In this document: in pieces, positions 48,467-58,849 of the stretch
Position numbering within the stretch: the stretch's first letter is position 1
Layout of the letters: each line of letters starts with the position of its first letter
Source: an uncultured delta proteobacterium
GTDB lineage: Bacteria > Desulfobacterota > Binatia > UBA9968
Direction: 5' to 3'
DNA length: 64,000 nt
Assembly (NCBI GenBank): GCA_963840855.1
Contig: CAWJBB010000050.1
Span: 1-64,000, forward strand
Position numbers and translations under genes: made by a program
Notes under the pieces: generated by a model
The model's database searches: none
What the model saw: the letters and a program-made list of their open reading frames with translations, nothing else
What the model was told of the DNA's origin: nothing

Positions 48467-51148
48467 TTACGGAAGGTCCTGGGCAAGTCGAAAGCCGAGG
48501 TAGCTGATGCGGTCGTCGGCACTGGTCCTGCCGCCCCGGCCCGATGAACGCAGGGCCTCCGGGTCGTCGTCCCAGGAACCGCCGCGGAGCACACGCTCGA
48601 CGAACGATTTATCTATGTCCGTAGCACTTGGTCCAGCCGGGTTATCGTATTTGTTTATACACCATTCCCATACGTTTCCTGCCATATCGAGCACGCCCTG
48701 CCTCGTCGCTCCGTTCGGATAAACGCCCACGGCAGTTGTACGCCTCAGGTTACTTTCCAAACTGTTACATCGCGCCGCGTCCCACTCCGGGCCCCACGGA
48801 TACACGTTCTTTGCGTCACCTCCGGTCGTGGCTTGCTGCCACTCCCATTCCGCTGGTAATCGGACCTTCTTGCCAAGACGCGCGCTCAGCCAGCGGCAAA
48901 ACGCGACGGCCTCGTACCACGACACAGCTGTTCGTGGACTATTATTCTCCAGCCAAGTGGAACGAAGAGGCGCTGGGCTCGCCTCAATATTGTCCCACCA
49001 TTGCGGTTTGTGATAACCATCTTCCGCGTGAATAAAACTCTCGAACTGTGTATTCGTGACGAGATATCGCGAAATCCGAAACGAGTTCACCTCGAAAGTC
49101 TTTTCGACTCCTTCCAACTTCACGTTCCCCGCTGGAATAACGACCCAGTCAATGTCGGGAACGCCGTCTTCTGTTAAACCCACCCCGCGTCTCCGGTCGC
49201 CTAATGCGGCGAGATAGTGCCCAATGGTTAGTCGGTCCTGGTGTGATAGTAAGTCCTTGTGCAACCGCTGAAGCAATCGATCATGAGGCGCGACATATTC
49301 CCTCACGGCGGCGTCAATGCCGTGAGCGCCGACGCGATGCACGATTTCCCGCAGCCTGCCCAGCCGGTCGCTGTGCCATAAATATTGTAGGTCGTAGTCG
49401 TGTTTCACCCATTCTTTGGCTTCGATCTCCGCTTGGCGCAGCACAAAAAGATCGTCGCGGTTTTCAGCCACCCACCGGGTTAGAGCCGGCCAAGTCTCGA
49501 ACAACTTTTCGTGAGCGACAGAGACGGTGCTCTGCTTTCCCTCACCCTCAGCGGAAAGCAGTCGTTCTTTGCTCAAAATATCGACAATCGGGTGGAGATC
49601 GACCGCGAATGTTTCCTTTAATACACGCCGCCGTGTGGGTTGGCCGTCGATGTTGACCAAAACTAGCGGTTGAAAAATCTTGGGGAGCCAGGTATTCGGA
49701 TCGGAACCGACCTGCTTGGCAACCTGATCCTCAACCTTATTGACATGAGCGCCGATGGCGCCGGCGATACCGCCCAGGGCGTCATAAACGTTTTCGCTCA
49801 GCACATTGCCAGAGCGTTCTCGGAACAACCGCTCCAAGGCGAAAGCGAGCAGCGGTAAACTACCTGGCTCCGAGCCGGCATCTTGTATCAACCGGCGCAC
49901 GAGCCGATCTGGAATAGTAAGCGCCGCGCATTGGGCAGGTTTCACGATAATGTCAGCCATCATGTAGTTCTCCGCGCGTCCTAGCGGATAATGCCCGCTA
50001 CCGCGGAGCACCTTCAGAAGATCGTCATGCTCGTGACAATAATGCAAAAAATCGCTGCGAATTGTTGCGATGACTCGGAAGCTCGCTTCATTCACGGCTC
50101 TGAACAGAGCAGAGAGAAACGGTTCCGCGCGGTCTTTCGTTTGAACGGTGAACAACTCCTCCATCTGATCGAGAAACAATATCAAGCAATCGGCACTCAC
50201 GCCTTTAGTAATAATCGTTTTCAGGAGTTCCGAGAAGATGCCGGGCTCCGAAAGCAACCGCTGTCCCGATTCATATGAATTGACCCCAGCCCGCTCAGCC
50301 TCAGAGTGCAAGACACGCATGAGAGCATCGAAAGGATGACCGCCTTGGCTCGGCACCATGCGCTTGCATACGCAACTCACCATGCCGGTCAGGCCCAGCT
50401 CTTTTAGTTTCGGTAGTACGCCGGCATCAACGAGCGAAGACTTGCCGGTCCCGGAACCGCCGCTGATGATAAGGAACCGACCTTCCGCTTGACGCATCCG
50501 GTCGAGAACCTCCACGACCTCTGCGTCACGCCCGAAGAACACCGGTGCGTATTCGCGAGTGAAGTGCATCAGGCCGGGATACGGCGAGCCGTCTTTGTTG
50601 ATATCCCAGGTGATAGCGGGGGCTGATTCAGTTTTTTGCCGGGTGGTATCCTCGGTTGTCTTGTGTTGTTCCTGGTGCGTTGTAACGGCGGCAAGAACGA
50701 GCGCGGCAAGGTCATGCGGCGAGGAAAACAAGCTGGCCGTCTTCTCCGTGAGCAAATACTTCCGAAAGGAATTGATGCTCTCGCCCTTATCTTCCGCCTT
50801 TTGGGAATCCATGAAATCAGCCCGCCACGGTGTACTTTCGTTTACGACAAAAGTCAGGCAGGGCTTGCTAAGCCTCTCGGCTTGGCGAAATTCTAACTCA
50901 GTAATAGACAATTTGTCGGGATTTCCGTGTAATGCCGGCGGAACGTAACCGTAGCGAAAAGCAAAGATACCGACGTAAATATCAGTGTTCCTAACGTCCG
51001 TAAGACACTTGTCGACCGGGCGCTGGTCCGCAGCGACGTAATCCTCCATTGCGATAACATCATACCTGCTCTTGCGCAGGGTCTTATAAACAACCTCCCG
51101 ATATTCCTTAAGGTCTTCGTAAGTGGACGAGAGATAAATGGTCGTCAT
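48467..51148 (-). CDS. DUF4062 + nSTAND1-type NTPase + FGE-sulfatase (CLec-fold) protein
   Basis: IYLSSTYEDL..R, RYGYVP, SITELEF; PYPGL..F, GGSGTGKSS, LDQMEELFT, LPLL, HEKL..WP; VRLPAEWEWQ, DMAGNVWEW, RGGSW, GFR. Confidence 0.9.
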   Translation of the reverse strand: MTTIYLSSTYEDLKEYREVVYKTLRKSRYDVIAMEDYVAADQRPVDKCLTDVRNTDIYVGIFAFRYGYVPPALHGNPDKLSITELEFRQAERLSKPCLTFVVNESTPWRADFMDSQKAEDKGESINSFRKYLLTEKTASLFSSPHDLAALVLAAVTTHQEQHKTTEDTTRQKTESAPAITWDINKDGSPYPGLMHFTREYAPVFFGRDAEVVEVLDRMRQAEGRFLIISGGSGTGKSSLVDAGVLPKLKELGLTGMVSCVCKRMVPSQGGHPFDALMRVLHSEAERAGVNSYESGQRLLSEPGIFSELLKTIITKGVSADCLILFLDQMEELFTVQTKDRAEPFLSALFRAVNEASFRVIATIRSDFLHYCHEHDDLLKVLRGSGHYPLGRAENYMMADIIVKPAQCAALTIPDRLVRRLIQDAGSEPGSLPLLAFALERLFRERSGNVLSENVYDALGGIAGAIGAHVNKVEDQVAKQVGSDPNTWLPKIFQPLVLVNIDGQPTRRRVLKETFAVDLHPIVDILSKERLLSAEGEGKQSTVSVAHEKLFETWPALTRWVAENRDDLFVLRQAEIEAKEWVKHDYDLQYLWHSDRLGRLREIVHRVGAHGIDAAVREYVAPHDRLLQRLHKDLLSHQDRLTIGHYLAALGDRRRGVGLTEDGVPDIDWVVIPAGNVKLEGVEKTFEVNSFRISRYLVTNTQFESFIHAEDGYHKPQWWDNIEASPAPLRSTWLENNSPRTAVSWYEAVAFCRWLSARLGKKVRLPAEWEWQQATTGGDAKNVYPWGPEWDAARCNSLESNLRRTTAVGVYPNGATRQGVLDMAGNVWEWCINKYDNPAGPSATDIDKSFVERVLRGGSWDDDPEALRSSGRGGRTSADDRISYLGFRLAQDLP

Positions 51149-51304
51149 GGCGTTAAATACGCGGAGAAAGTTGTACCTCGCGATGGTGTGCGGACGAATC
51201 AGAGCGTGTGCCGCCCCTTATAACCCATTGACAAAGAAAAAATCAAAGACAATGTAAGGCGTACGGGCAGGGAAAAGGACACAGATCGTTTCTGTGTGAT
51301 AATT

Positions 51305-52294
51305 TTAGAGTTCGGCCTCCAATACAACCTCACGCGGGTCTTTGTCTTGACGCAAGCCGACGAAAGCGGATTGCCGTAGATGGGCATCCGGCGTCCACTC
51401 GGCAAACTCGATTTGCGCTACCACCTCGGGCTTCACCCATGTGCAGTTTTTCATCTCTTCTTTCGTCAAAGCCCACTGCGTGCGCTTGCGTTCTGGCAGA
51501 TTGGCAAATGGACAGGTGGCGATTTCTAGGCCCCTCAGTTTGGCTGCTACCGCACGTCGGGTGTGCGGAACAAAGCCGTTTCGCACCTTGCCCGCGTACA
51601 ACAGTGTACCGTCTTGATAGTACCCGACGATGATGGAATCGATGGGATTGCCGGGAACGTATCCGCCGATTACGAGTTCTTGGCCTCGGTTGATGCGATA
51701 CTTGAGCCATGCACCGCTTCGCTTGCCGGATTCATAATACGAGTCCCTCCGCTTCGCGAGGATTCCCTCGAAGCCTAACTCTTTTGCGACGCGCACCAAC
51801 TCGGTAGGCGTGGCATCTATCGTTTCCGACAGGTTTAGGGGAGACGTTTTGGTACGGACTTTTTCAAATATTTCACCAAGGACCTTCCGCCGCTCTTTAA
51901 GAGGTACGTTCAATAGGCTCTTGCCCCGGCAGATGAGAACGTCGAAGGCGTAAAAGAGCAGTGCCTGTGCTTTTGAACGGTGGTGCTGAAGCAGATTGAA
52001 TGAGACCCGACCACTTTCATCGACGGCCACAACTTCGCCATCGAGAAGCGTATCGGCTGGGAGCCGTTCGCAGGCGCGGGCAATATGCGGGAACTGGGCG
52101 GTAAAGAGATTTCCTCGCCGTGACCAAAGCGTTACGCCATCGTTGCGTTTTCCAGCAAGGCATCGGTAGCCGTCCAGTTTTACCTCGTAGAGCCAGTCCT
52201 TGCCTTCGGGGAGGTTCTTGACGGCGAGCGCATACATGGGCTCGATGAAGCGGACTGCGCCGGGGACATCGCTTCTAGCCTTAGCTCTTCGCAT
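51305..52294 (-). CDS. ATP-dependent DNA ligase (LigD ligase domain only)
   Basis: YEVKLDGYR, LDGEVV, AFDVL, EGILAKR, WLK and LRQSAFVGLRQDK motifs. Confidence 0.93.
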   Translation of the reverse strand: MRRAKARSDVPGAVRFIEPMYALAVKNLPEGKDWLYEVKLDGYRCLAGKRNDGVTLWSRRGNLFTAQFPHIARACERLPADTLLDGEVVAVDESGRVSFNLLQHHRSKAQALLFYAFDVLICRGKSLLNVPLKERRKVLGEIFEKVRTKTSPLNLSETIDATPTELVRVAKELGFEGILAKRRDSYYESGKRSGAWLKYRINRGQELVIGGYVPGNPIDSIIVGYYQDGTLLYAGKVRNGFVPHTRRAVAAKLRGLEIATCPFANLPERKRTQWALTKEEMKNCTWVKPEVVAQIEFAEWTPDAHLRQSAFVGLRQDKDPREVVLEAEL

Positions 52295-52374
52295 GTGGAA
52301 CCTGGCAGGCTAAAGGCCCTTTGCCGACGGTGGTCCTAGTCTGCCTGACTGGCTATCAGTATGAGTCACGCATC

Positions 52375-53223
52375 TTAGTTGTTGTTGCCAGCATCCGTAC
52401 CACCGGTGTAAGGCACCTCAACCCCGCTCGTCAGATTGTCCCGAAACTTACCGCCTCCGCTCTCGAACTCAATCCCCGAAGCCATATTCGTGATACGGTT
52501 ATTTACGACCAAGACATCAGAGCCAGCAATGGTAATGCCCCGGGTACGTGGCGCGGTCGTTGGATTAATAACGCGATTGTTCTCTACCACGGCACTATTG
52601 CCATTCACGCGGATCGCGGACGCAAAATCAGTTCCAGTTCCGATTGTGAAGGTGTCAGATACGTCATTGTTGAGAAGCCTGCCACCGGAACCTAGAAAAG
52701 ATATGCCCGTACCCGCAGCACTAACCCCGACCGCCGCTGACCCACCGGTGAAAAAAACCGTGTTGTTCCGTATGATGCCGTTCTGGGCTTCGATACGGAT
52801 GCCCACAGATGTATTTCTCTCAGCTCGGATACTCTCTACAGTCGTTCCAAAACCGCTTATGTCAATCCCAACTAAGAAACCCCGCACCGTCCCGTTCCTG
52901 ATCGTAATGTTGTTAAGAAATGGCGCGTGGATACCTTTAGCCGTTGTTGCCACGTTTTGTGTTGTCGTTTGCCTTATTCCTTCAAGCGTAAACCCGTTCA
53001 GGTCTACTACCACATTTTCCACGTTAATGGTGATGGCGTTGAGAGTGGTGATCGCCATGCCCAAGTCGCGTTGGAGACAATACGTGCCCGGTACGGCGAT
53101 CGTCACGGGCAAAGAGATAATTTCGGTACAGTTTTCAGTCTGTGCTGAGGCAGTCGTCGCGCCAACTGCTACAAGCAAGGAACCACACAGAAAAGCCGCA
53201 GCTAATCGTCCTAAACTCTTCAT
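52375..53223 (-). CDS. Secreted right-handed parallel beta-helix repeat protein
   Basis: Signal peptide; PGTYCL, DLNGFTL, NITIRNGTVRGF; repeated I.NN motifs. Confidence 0.85.
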   Translation of the reverse strand: MKSLGRLAAAFLCGSLLVAVGATTASAQTENCTEIISLPVTIAVPGTYCLQRDLGMAITTLNAITINVENVVVDLNGFTLEGIRQTTTQNVATTAKGIHAPFLNNITIRNGTVRGFLVGIDISGFGTTVESIRAERNTSVGIRIEAQNGIIRNNTVFFTGGSAAVGVSAAGTGISFLGSGGRLLNNDVSDTFTIGTGTDFASAIRVNGNSAVVENNRVINPTTAPRTRGITIAGSDVLVVNNRITNMASGIEFESGGGKFRDNLTSGVEVPYTGGTDAGNNN

Positions 53224-53540
53224 AGCGAACCTCCTTTAGACCAGAATGGTGAGGAGACTAACTATCGTCGTAGCGGCTGTCAATGAGAAAAGACTTCCGA
53301 TGGGACGGGTGGCGTATGACAAGCGAGCAGCAATCCAGTTTCACTCGCAGCGGCGGTCGTACATTGCGTAATGCTGGCAGAATCGCAGGTACTCAACCCG
53401 GCTGGAGAATTGGGACTGCTCGTAGACCAGGCGCGGGCGGGATTCGTCGCTCAGCGGGCGAAAATAGCGGCGCAGAGAGCTACCACAAGAACAATCAATA
53501 TAATAATCGCCATAAAATTTTCTTTTCATCAAGCGGAGTG

Positions 53541-53588
53541 AATCAAATGAAGAACAAGATAAGAATCAAATGAAGAACAAGATAAGAA
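53541..53588. repeat. Perfect 23-bp tandem duplication
   Basis: AATCAAATGAAGAACAAGATAAG x2. Confidence 0.9.
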
Positions 53589-53832
53589 CCCAGAGCCGAA
53601 TAGACTATCGCTACGAAGGTCAAGCCCCGAAGCGGCACCATCGGTCGGTAACGACCAATCGAATGGCGTGACAACGTCGCCGCTCCGCGTGCAGATCACC
53701 GCGACGTGCTCGCCGGACTGCCGGTCGATGCTGTCCACTAGCCCCACCGCATTGGCCGCGAATGCACGGGCAAGCGTTTTGAAGTTCGGTAGGTGGCTTG
53801 CACTATCGTTTTTCTTTTCATTCGTCCTCCTT

Positions 53833-54093
53833 TCATAATTCAACTCTCTTTTTTTTCGGAGCCGCGGCGGCGGACACGTCGCCGATCTCGTTGTGCGCGT
53901 TCAGGACGCTGAACACGGTTATCCTCTTCTCATAGGCGAGGCTGCTGGTCCGTATCTCCTTCTTCGGAGACCAGCCCAACTTTGTGGCCATGCGGTTTAT
54001 GCAGGGGTTGGAACAATAGCCGCGCCAATCAGCCTTGTTTTTCGGATCATACGGCTTGTGGCACGACCGGCATCGAAGCAGTAATGCGCTCAT
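53833..54093 (-). CDS. Small phage-like putative Zn-finger protein
   Basis: CRSC...YCSNPC motif; basic; overlaps neighbouring small ORFs. Confidence 0.5.
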   Translation of the reverse strand: MSALLLRCRSCHKPYDPKNKADWRGYCSNPCINRMATKLGWSPKKEIRTSSLAYEKRITVFSVLNAHNEIGDVSAAAAPKKKRVEL

Positions 54094-54190
54094 TGCTGCA
54101 CCATGAAATCCTGGTTCGCCAGTTCCAACTCGTCGCGCAGCACCGATAATTGAAGAAATAGGTTGAGGCTCAAAAGCTCTCGAAGAGTCA

Positions 54191-54466
54191 TCACGTCGCC
54201 CTCGCTGGTTGCGAAACGGACGTGGTGTCGAGTCGTTGAGAGATGGACCCCGGTACGATTATCTTTTTTGCTTGAAAGTATGCCGCCATCAGGGCAACGA
54301 AGGTGCAAATCCCGATGACCGTCAATCCAAGATGAACGATGCCCCGAAGCGGTGCCTCGCCGCTCAATTCTTTGCGCAGCGAGATGAGCAGGACGAAAAG
54401 TAGTGCTAAAAGCGCAATAGCGATTGTGGTGTGACTGATGGCCTTGAGTGCGAGTTCCGGTTGCAT
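54191..54466 (-). CDS. Small two-TM hypothetical protein
   Basis: Two hydrophobic helices. Confidence 0.45.
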   Translation of the reverse strand: MQPELALKAISHTTIAIALLALLFVLLISLRKELSGEAPLRGIVHLGLTVIGICTFVALMAAYFQAKKIIVPGSISQRLDTTSVSQPARAT

Positions 54467-55358
54467 CGAGTTTGGCTCTCAGTGAAAGGTGCTTGACCCT
54501 CGTCCTAATGCCATAAGGAAAAGCACCGCTCTTTTCTGCTTTTCCTCAAGTGACAAGCGTTCTGCTGTGCGGTCTCCATGTCTAGGGACTAATGCCGCGC
54601 CGTCGTCGCTGAAAATCCAATAGCGTAGCCACGCTTGACGAAGAGAGTATTTTTTGCCTTTGCAGGGCTTGAAAGAAGATGCGCCACGGGAGCAATGTTG
54701 TCGGCATCGAGGAAGTCCCCCGATGACACATAAAGCCAATGGCGTGCCGTGCCGATTTGACGTGTATTGGCGAATTGTGTTCGCAAAAACACACCTTTGC
54801 CGCGTGCTTAAGGGGAGGTCACTTCGGGCGCGAATTAACGAACGGGTGTTTTGGCCCTGTCAGAACTGACCGCAAAGGTGCCACCCCTGCTCGCAAATTG
54901 CGTCGAATTTTTATGGCTTACACGCAGGCGAGGGCAATACTGAAAGAGTTAAGGAAATTGCAAAAGAGGGCTAGAGAGAAACTGAAGTAGAAATCTTCGG
55001 CCCGGCCAGCGTTGGCGTGCGCTGTATTGCCGGGCCATTGAAAGGGGGCCAGCTGTGAGTCCAGCCGCACCTTTCGGGGCGCTTTATAGCACGTTCCCCA
55101 CCTTTGCGAAATAGGGTTGGTCTAAGCCTCACGTTGGCCCAAAACCCCGAGTGAATTGGATCAACCTATACCATTTTCCGCAGGCCACTATTATTTCTTG
55201 ACTCCCCATTCCCACCAGTGTTATTGCCTCTCTTACAACCTAGTTAGCCCTCGTCTTCTGGATAGACTTTCCTACTTAGTGCGGCCTCTACACTTTGATG
55301 GGCTTACACCGGGTCATTGTTAAGCCGTCTTCAAATAATTGTTGAGGGAGGGTTTTAT

Positions 55359-56522
55359 ATGTTTAGCCATTCTACCAACACGGCTTCGTTTTTCTCCGTC
55401 CTTATGGCTGCGCTCATTTTCTCGCTGTCTCTGGCGGGGGTTGCTTGGGCGCAGGGCAACACCAGTTTTGGGACAGGCGCGCTTCAGAGTAACACTACAG
55501 GGAGCTTTAACACCGCCATCGGACTGAACGCGCTCTTTAGCAACTCTATTGGCAACTTCAACACTGCCAGCGGAGGCCAGGCACTCGTTAGCAACACCGA
55601 GGGTATCCAGAACACCGCCAGTGGAGTCAATGCGCTTTTTAGTAACACTAGCGGCAGCTTCAACACTGCCAGCGGCGTCAGTGCGCTCGTTTTCAATACC
55701 ACGGGCGAGCAGAACACCGCCAGCGGCGTCAATGCGCTCTTTAGTAACACCACGGGCAACCTCAACACCGCCAGCGGATTCCAGGCGCTCTCTAGCAACA
55801 CCGACGGCAGCCTCAACACCGCCAGCGGAGTCAATGCGCTCATTAACAACACCACGGGCAACTTCAACACCGCCAGCGGAGTCAATGCGCTCATTAACAA
55901 CACCACGGGCGCCGTCAACACCGCCATCGGAGTCGCTGCGCTCTTTAGCAATACCGAGGGCGGCGGCAACACCGCTATCGGATTCAACGCCAATGTGTCT
56001 ACTGGGAATCTGACTAACGCTACGGCTATCGGCACTGGAGCCACCGTCAATGCTAGCAATAAGATCCGCCTGGGAAGTACTTTTGTCACGGTGATCGAAG
56101 GGGAGGTGGCATTTACTTTCTCTTCGGACAAGACCCAGAAGGAAAACTTCCAGCCGGTCGATGGAGAAGAAGTGCTGGGGAAGATTCGGGGCTTGGAGCT
56201 ATCGAGCTGGAACTTAATTGGCCACGATCCTAAGAAGTTTCGCCACTATGGCCCGATGGCGCAGGACTTCTATGCAGCCTTCGGCCACGACGGATTAGGA
56301 CAGATCGGCTCGGAGACGACGATCAACTCGGGCGACCTGGCGGGGATTCTTATGATCGCCGTGCAGGCGCTGGAGAAGCGCACGGCGGAGCTAAAACAGA
56401 AGGAGGCGCAGATGGCTGTGCTGGAATCGCGGTTGGAGGCACTAGAGTTGCGAAATAATCACTCTATCCAGATAACAGCCGGGAAAAACCTCGGCGACAA
56501 GATGGTCGACGTTATGCCGTAA
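55359..56522 (+). CDS. Secreted fibre/adhesin-like protein with 17-aa repeats and a peptidase S74-like chaperone domain
   Basis: Signal peptide, NTAxGxxALxxNTxG repeats, then SDKTQKENF, HYGPMAQDF, AVQAL and a coiled coil. Confidence 0.88.
   Translation: MFSHSTNTASFFSVLMAALIFSLSLAGVAWAQGNTSFGTGALQSNTTGSFNTAIGLNALFSNSIGNFNTASGGQALVSNTEGIQNTASGVNALFSNTSGSFNTASGVSALVFNTTGEQNTASGVNALFSNTTGNLNTASGFQALSSNTDGSLNTASGVNALINNTTGNFNTASGVNALINNTTGAVNTAIGVAALFSNTEGGGNTAIGFNANVSTGNLTNATAIGTGATVNASNKIRLGSTFVTVIEGEVAFTFSSDKTQKENFQPVDGEEVLGKIRGLELSSWNLIGHDPKKFRHYGPMAQDFYAAFGHDGLGQIGSETTINSGDLAGILMIAVQALEKRTAELKQKEAQMAVLESRLEALELRNNHSIQITAGKNLGDKMVDVMP
55458..55997 (+). repeat. Ten-plus 51-bp coding tandem repeats
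   Basis: AACACCGCCAGCGG.GTCAATGCGCTC units recur every 51 nt. Confidence 0.9.
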
Positions 56523-56688
56523 GTGAATAATAAGGGTGAAAAAATCTTCCTGGAGGTTTTTGAACTTTACGGACAGAATGTATTCCTCGAGTGGGAAGGC
56601 CAGAATCAGCCTGAGATTGAACTGAACGACGCAACGGATAAATCTCACAGGATGCAGTCAACGGAGAGCGGTTGGTTCCGCGCCACCT

Positions 56689-56998
56689 TTAACGCTCGGC
56701 CTCCCGTACAACCTCACGTGGGTTTTTGTCTTCTCGCAGGCCGACGAAAGCTGATTGCCGTAGATGCGCGTCCGGTGTCCACTCGGCAAACTCGATCTGC
56801 GCCACTACTTCGGGCTTCACCCATGTGCAGTTTTTCATCTCTTCCTTCGTTAAAGCCCACTGGGTGCGCTTGCGCTCTGGCAGATTCGCAAATGGACAGG
56901 TGGCGATTTCTAGGCCCCTGAGCTTGGCTGCTACCGCACGGCGGGTGTGGGGAACAAAGCCGTTTCGCACCTTGCCCGCATACAACAGTGTGCCGTCC
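56689..56998 (-). pseudogene. Truncated second copy of the LigD ligase gene (C-terminal OB domain only)
   Basis: DGTLLYAGKVRNGF...EVV nearly identical in protein to the C-terminus of 51305-52294. Confidence 0.88.
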
Positions 56999-57568
56999 TC
57001 CAAGAACACGTAAGCGAGCGTACTAGCAGTTACGGCGGACCGTTTGATTGACAATCAATCGCGCTTTTTCGCCCGCAAACTAGTCGATCATTACCTGTAT
57101 TTTCAAGCACGGCTGAAAGGCAGGCCCGAAGACCTTGATGACATTGCTCGCTTTGCTGACGAATGCCGAGACCTCATAGAGCGGCATCTGCCGAGGTGGC
57201 ATTGCTTGACAGCGTTTTCCAAAAGGGGAATAAGGGAAACTGATAGGAAAAAAGGCAATAAGGGCGGAGGGCGCGAGGCGTCAAAGGCTAGATGAGGGCC
57301 CTCGGAGTTTGGCGTGCCTTCCGGTTCTTAACAAAAAGTTAACTTGATCTACCTCGCTCAATAACACTATCGCTGTAAAGAAGCTTACTCACGCTAAAAG
57401 GAGCAGACTATGCCGACGCACAGTCCCCACTCCGTCCGCGGCGGGAAGTGCCGCGGACCTCCAGCGCAGACAGAACGCAATGGTCCTTTGAGACTTTCTT
57501 CAGTCACCGAAGGGTGCGGTGCGCGTACAACCCCCAACTGCGTTCACGATTAAGAGAACAGAGAGGAG

Positions 57569-58567
57569 ATGCAAATCATGAACATGCACGCGCGTTATGA
57601 GCTATCACCATCTCAACAGAAGTCACATGATTCAGCGCCGCCCCAATGGCAGGAGCGGAAACTGAATTTTGTTGAACCCGAGCGGATCAAGCATGGAGGA
57701 CTGCAGCGATGGGGCACCAGCAGGCAGATAGCAGTGTTCTTCGTCATGATCACAGTCGCTGTTTTACTCGCAGTGAGTTCATCCTCAAGTTTCGGACAAG
57801 AATGCGGGGATAGCAGCGAGTGTGGCACGAATATCAACCCGGCCATCTGCGACCCGCTAACCCACCAATGCATGGCCGTAGAATGCATTGCCGAGTTTAA
57901 TTGCGCGACGCAACCAGCAGTTTGCGAAAACAACATGTGTCGGCAAGTCGAGTGCACGATCTCCAAGCGTGACTGCGGGTCTACTCAAGTGTGCAGGGGC
58001 AATAAGTGCGGGATTGCTTGCCAGATCAATAGCGACTGCACGCGCCAGCTCGGATTCGGAGTCTGTGGAACCGAAGGCATATGCGTTGAAGAACCCGCGG
58101 CGCGAGTGTTCGATCCGATACCTGTATCTTTTGCTAGGCCTGTATTTGGTACAGGGCTGGTAACAGATTTAGCGCAAGCTATAGCATTCGAACGCAAACT
58201 CATAACGCTACCAATCGCTTTCGAAGCGGGAGATATTGCCAAAATTTCCTCATCGGCTAATGGGGCAGGCGCGTTAGTAATTGACAATTTCTTGAGCATT
58301 AACAACACGAGCGGGATGGATTGCAAGGGCAGCAATGCCTGCGAAGGCGTAGGAGGGCGAGATAACAGCTGCTTCGGCGACTTCCTTATTCCTAATCCTG
58401 AAGACGGCGTTGGCTTGGACATTGCCACTGTCCTTACGCCGATCCCGCCCATTGACGTGAGCAAGTTTATTGGCGCTGGATCTCAGTCAGTCCTGTTTGA
58501 ATTGTGCGACTTTGGAGCCATTGCTGGTAACACCGACCTGTGGCTGATTATTACACCACATCAATGA
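57569..58567 (+). CDS. Secreted/membrane Cys-rich repeat protein
   Basis: Hydrophobic segment, four 4-Cys modules, then a beta-rich C-terminal domain. Confidence 0.75.
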   Translation: MQIMNMHARYELSPSQQKSHDSAPPQWQERKLNFVEPERIKHGGLQRWGTSRQIAVFFVMITVAVLLAVSSSSSFGQECGDSSECGTNINPAICDPLTHQCMAVECIAEFNCATQPAVCENNMCRQVECTISKRDCGSTQVCRGNKCGIACQINSDCTRQLGFGVCGTEGICVEEPAARVFDPIPVSFARPVFGTGLVTDLAQAIAFERKLITLPIAFEAGDIAKISSSANGAGALVIDNFLSINNTSGMDCKGSNACEGVGGRDNSCFGDFLIPNPEDGVGLDIATVLTPIPPIDVSKFIGAGSQSVLFELCDFGAIAGNTDLWLIITPHQ

Positions 58568-58849
58568 ATCTTTGAACTTGAAGATAGAGACGACCCGAGC
58601 AGAATCAGATCAAGGCCTGGGATCTGGTGAAGGCCATGTGAATGAGTAGGCTTACGCCTAACTACAACCAGTCTATGGTTCTGCTCGGTGTCCCTCTTCA
58701 ACCTTTTCCGCAGCATAGTGCGATGCAATCCTGACAAAGCAAGGCCGATGTTGACGATCTGCTCCCAGCAAGGGTCGGGACTGGATTGGGGTGATTATTT
58801 GCCGGATTACATCCTCGACAGTGTTTAATTGTCTTTTTGGCGAGGTCAC

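Noticed and set aside
53541-53588. 23-bp repeat pair as a mini-CRISPR
   Set aside because: The copies are directly adjacent with no spacer, and there are no cas genes
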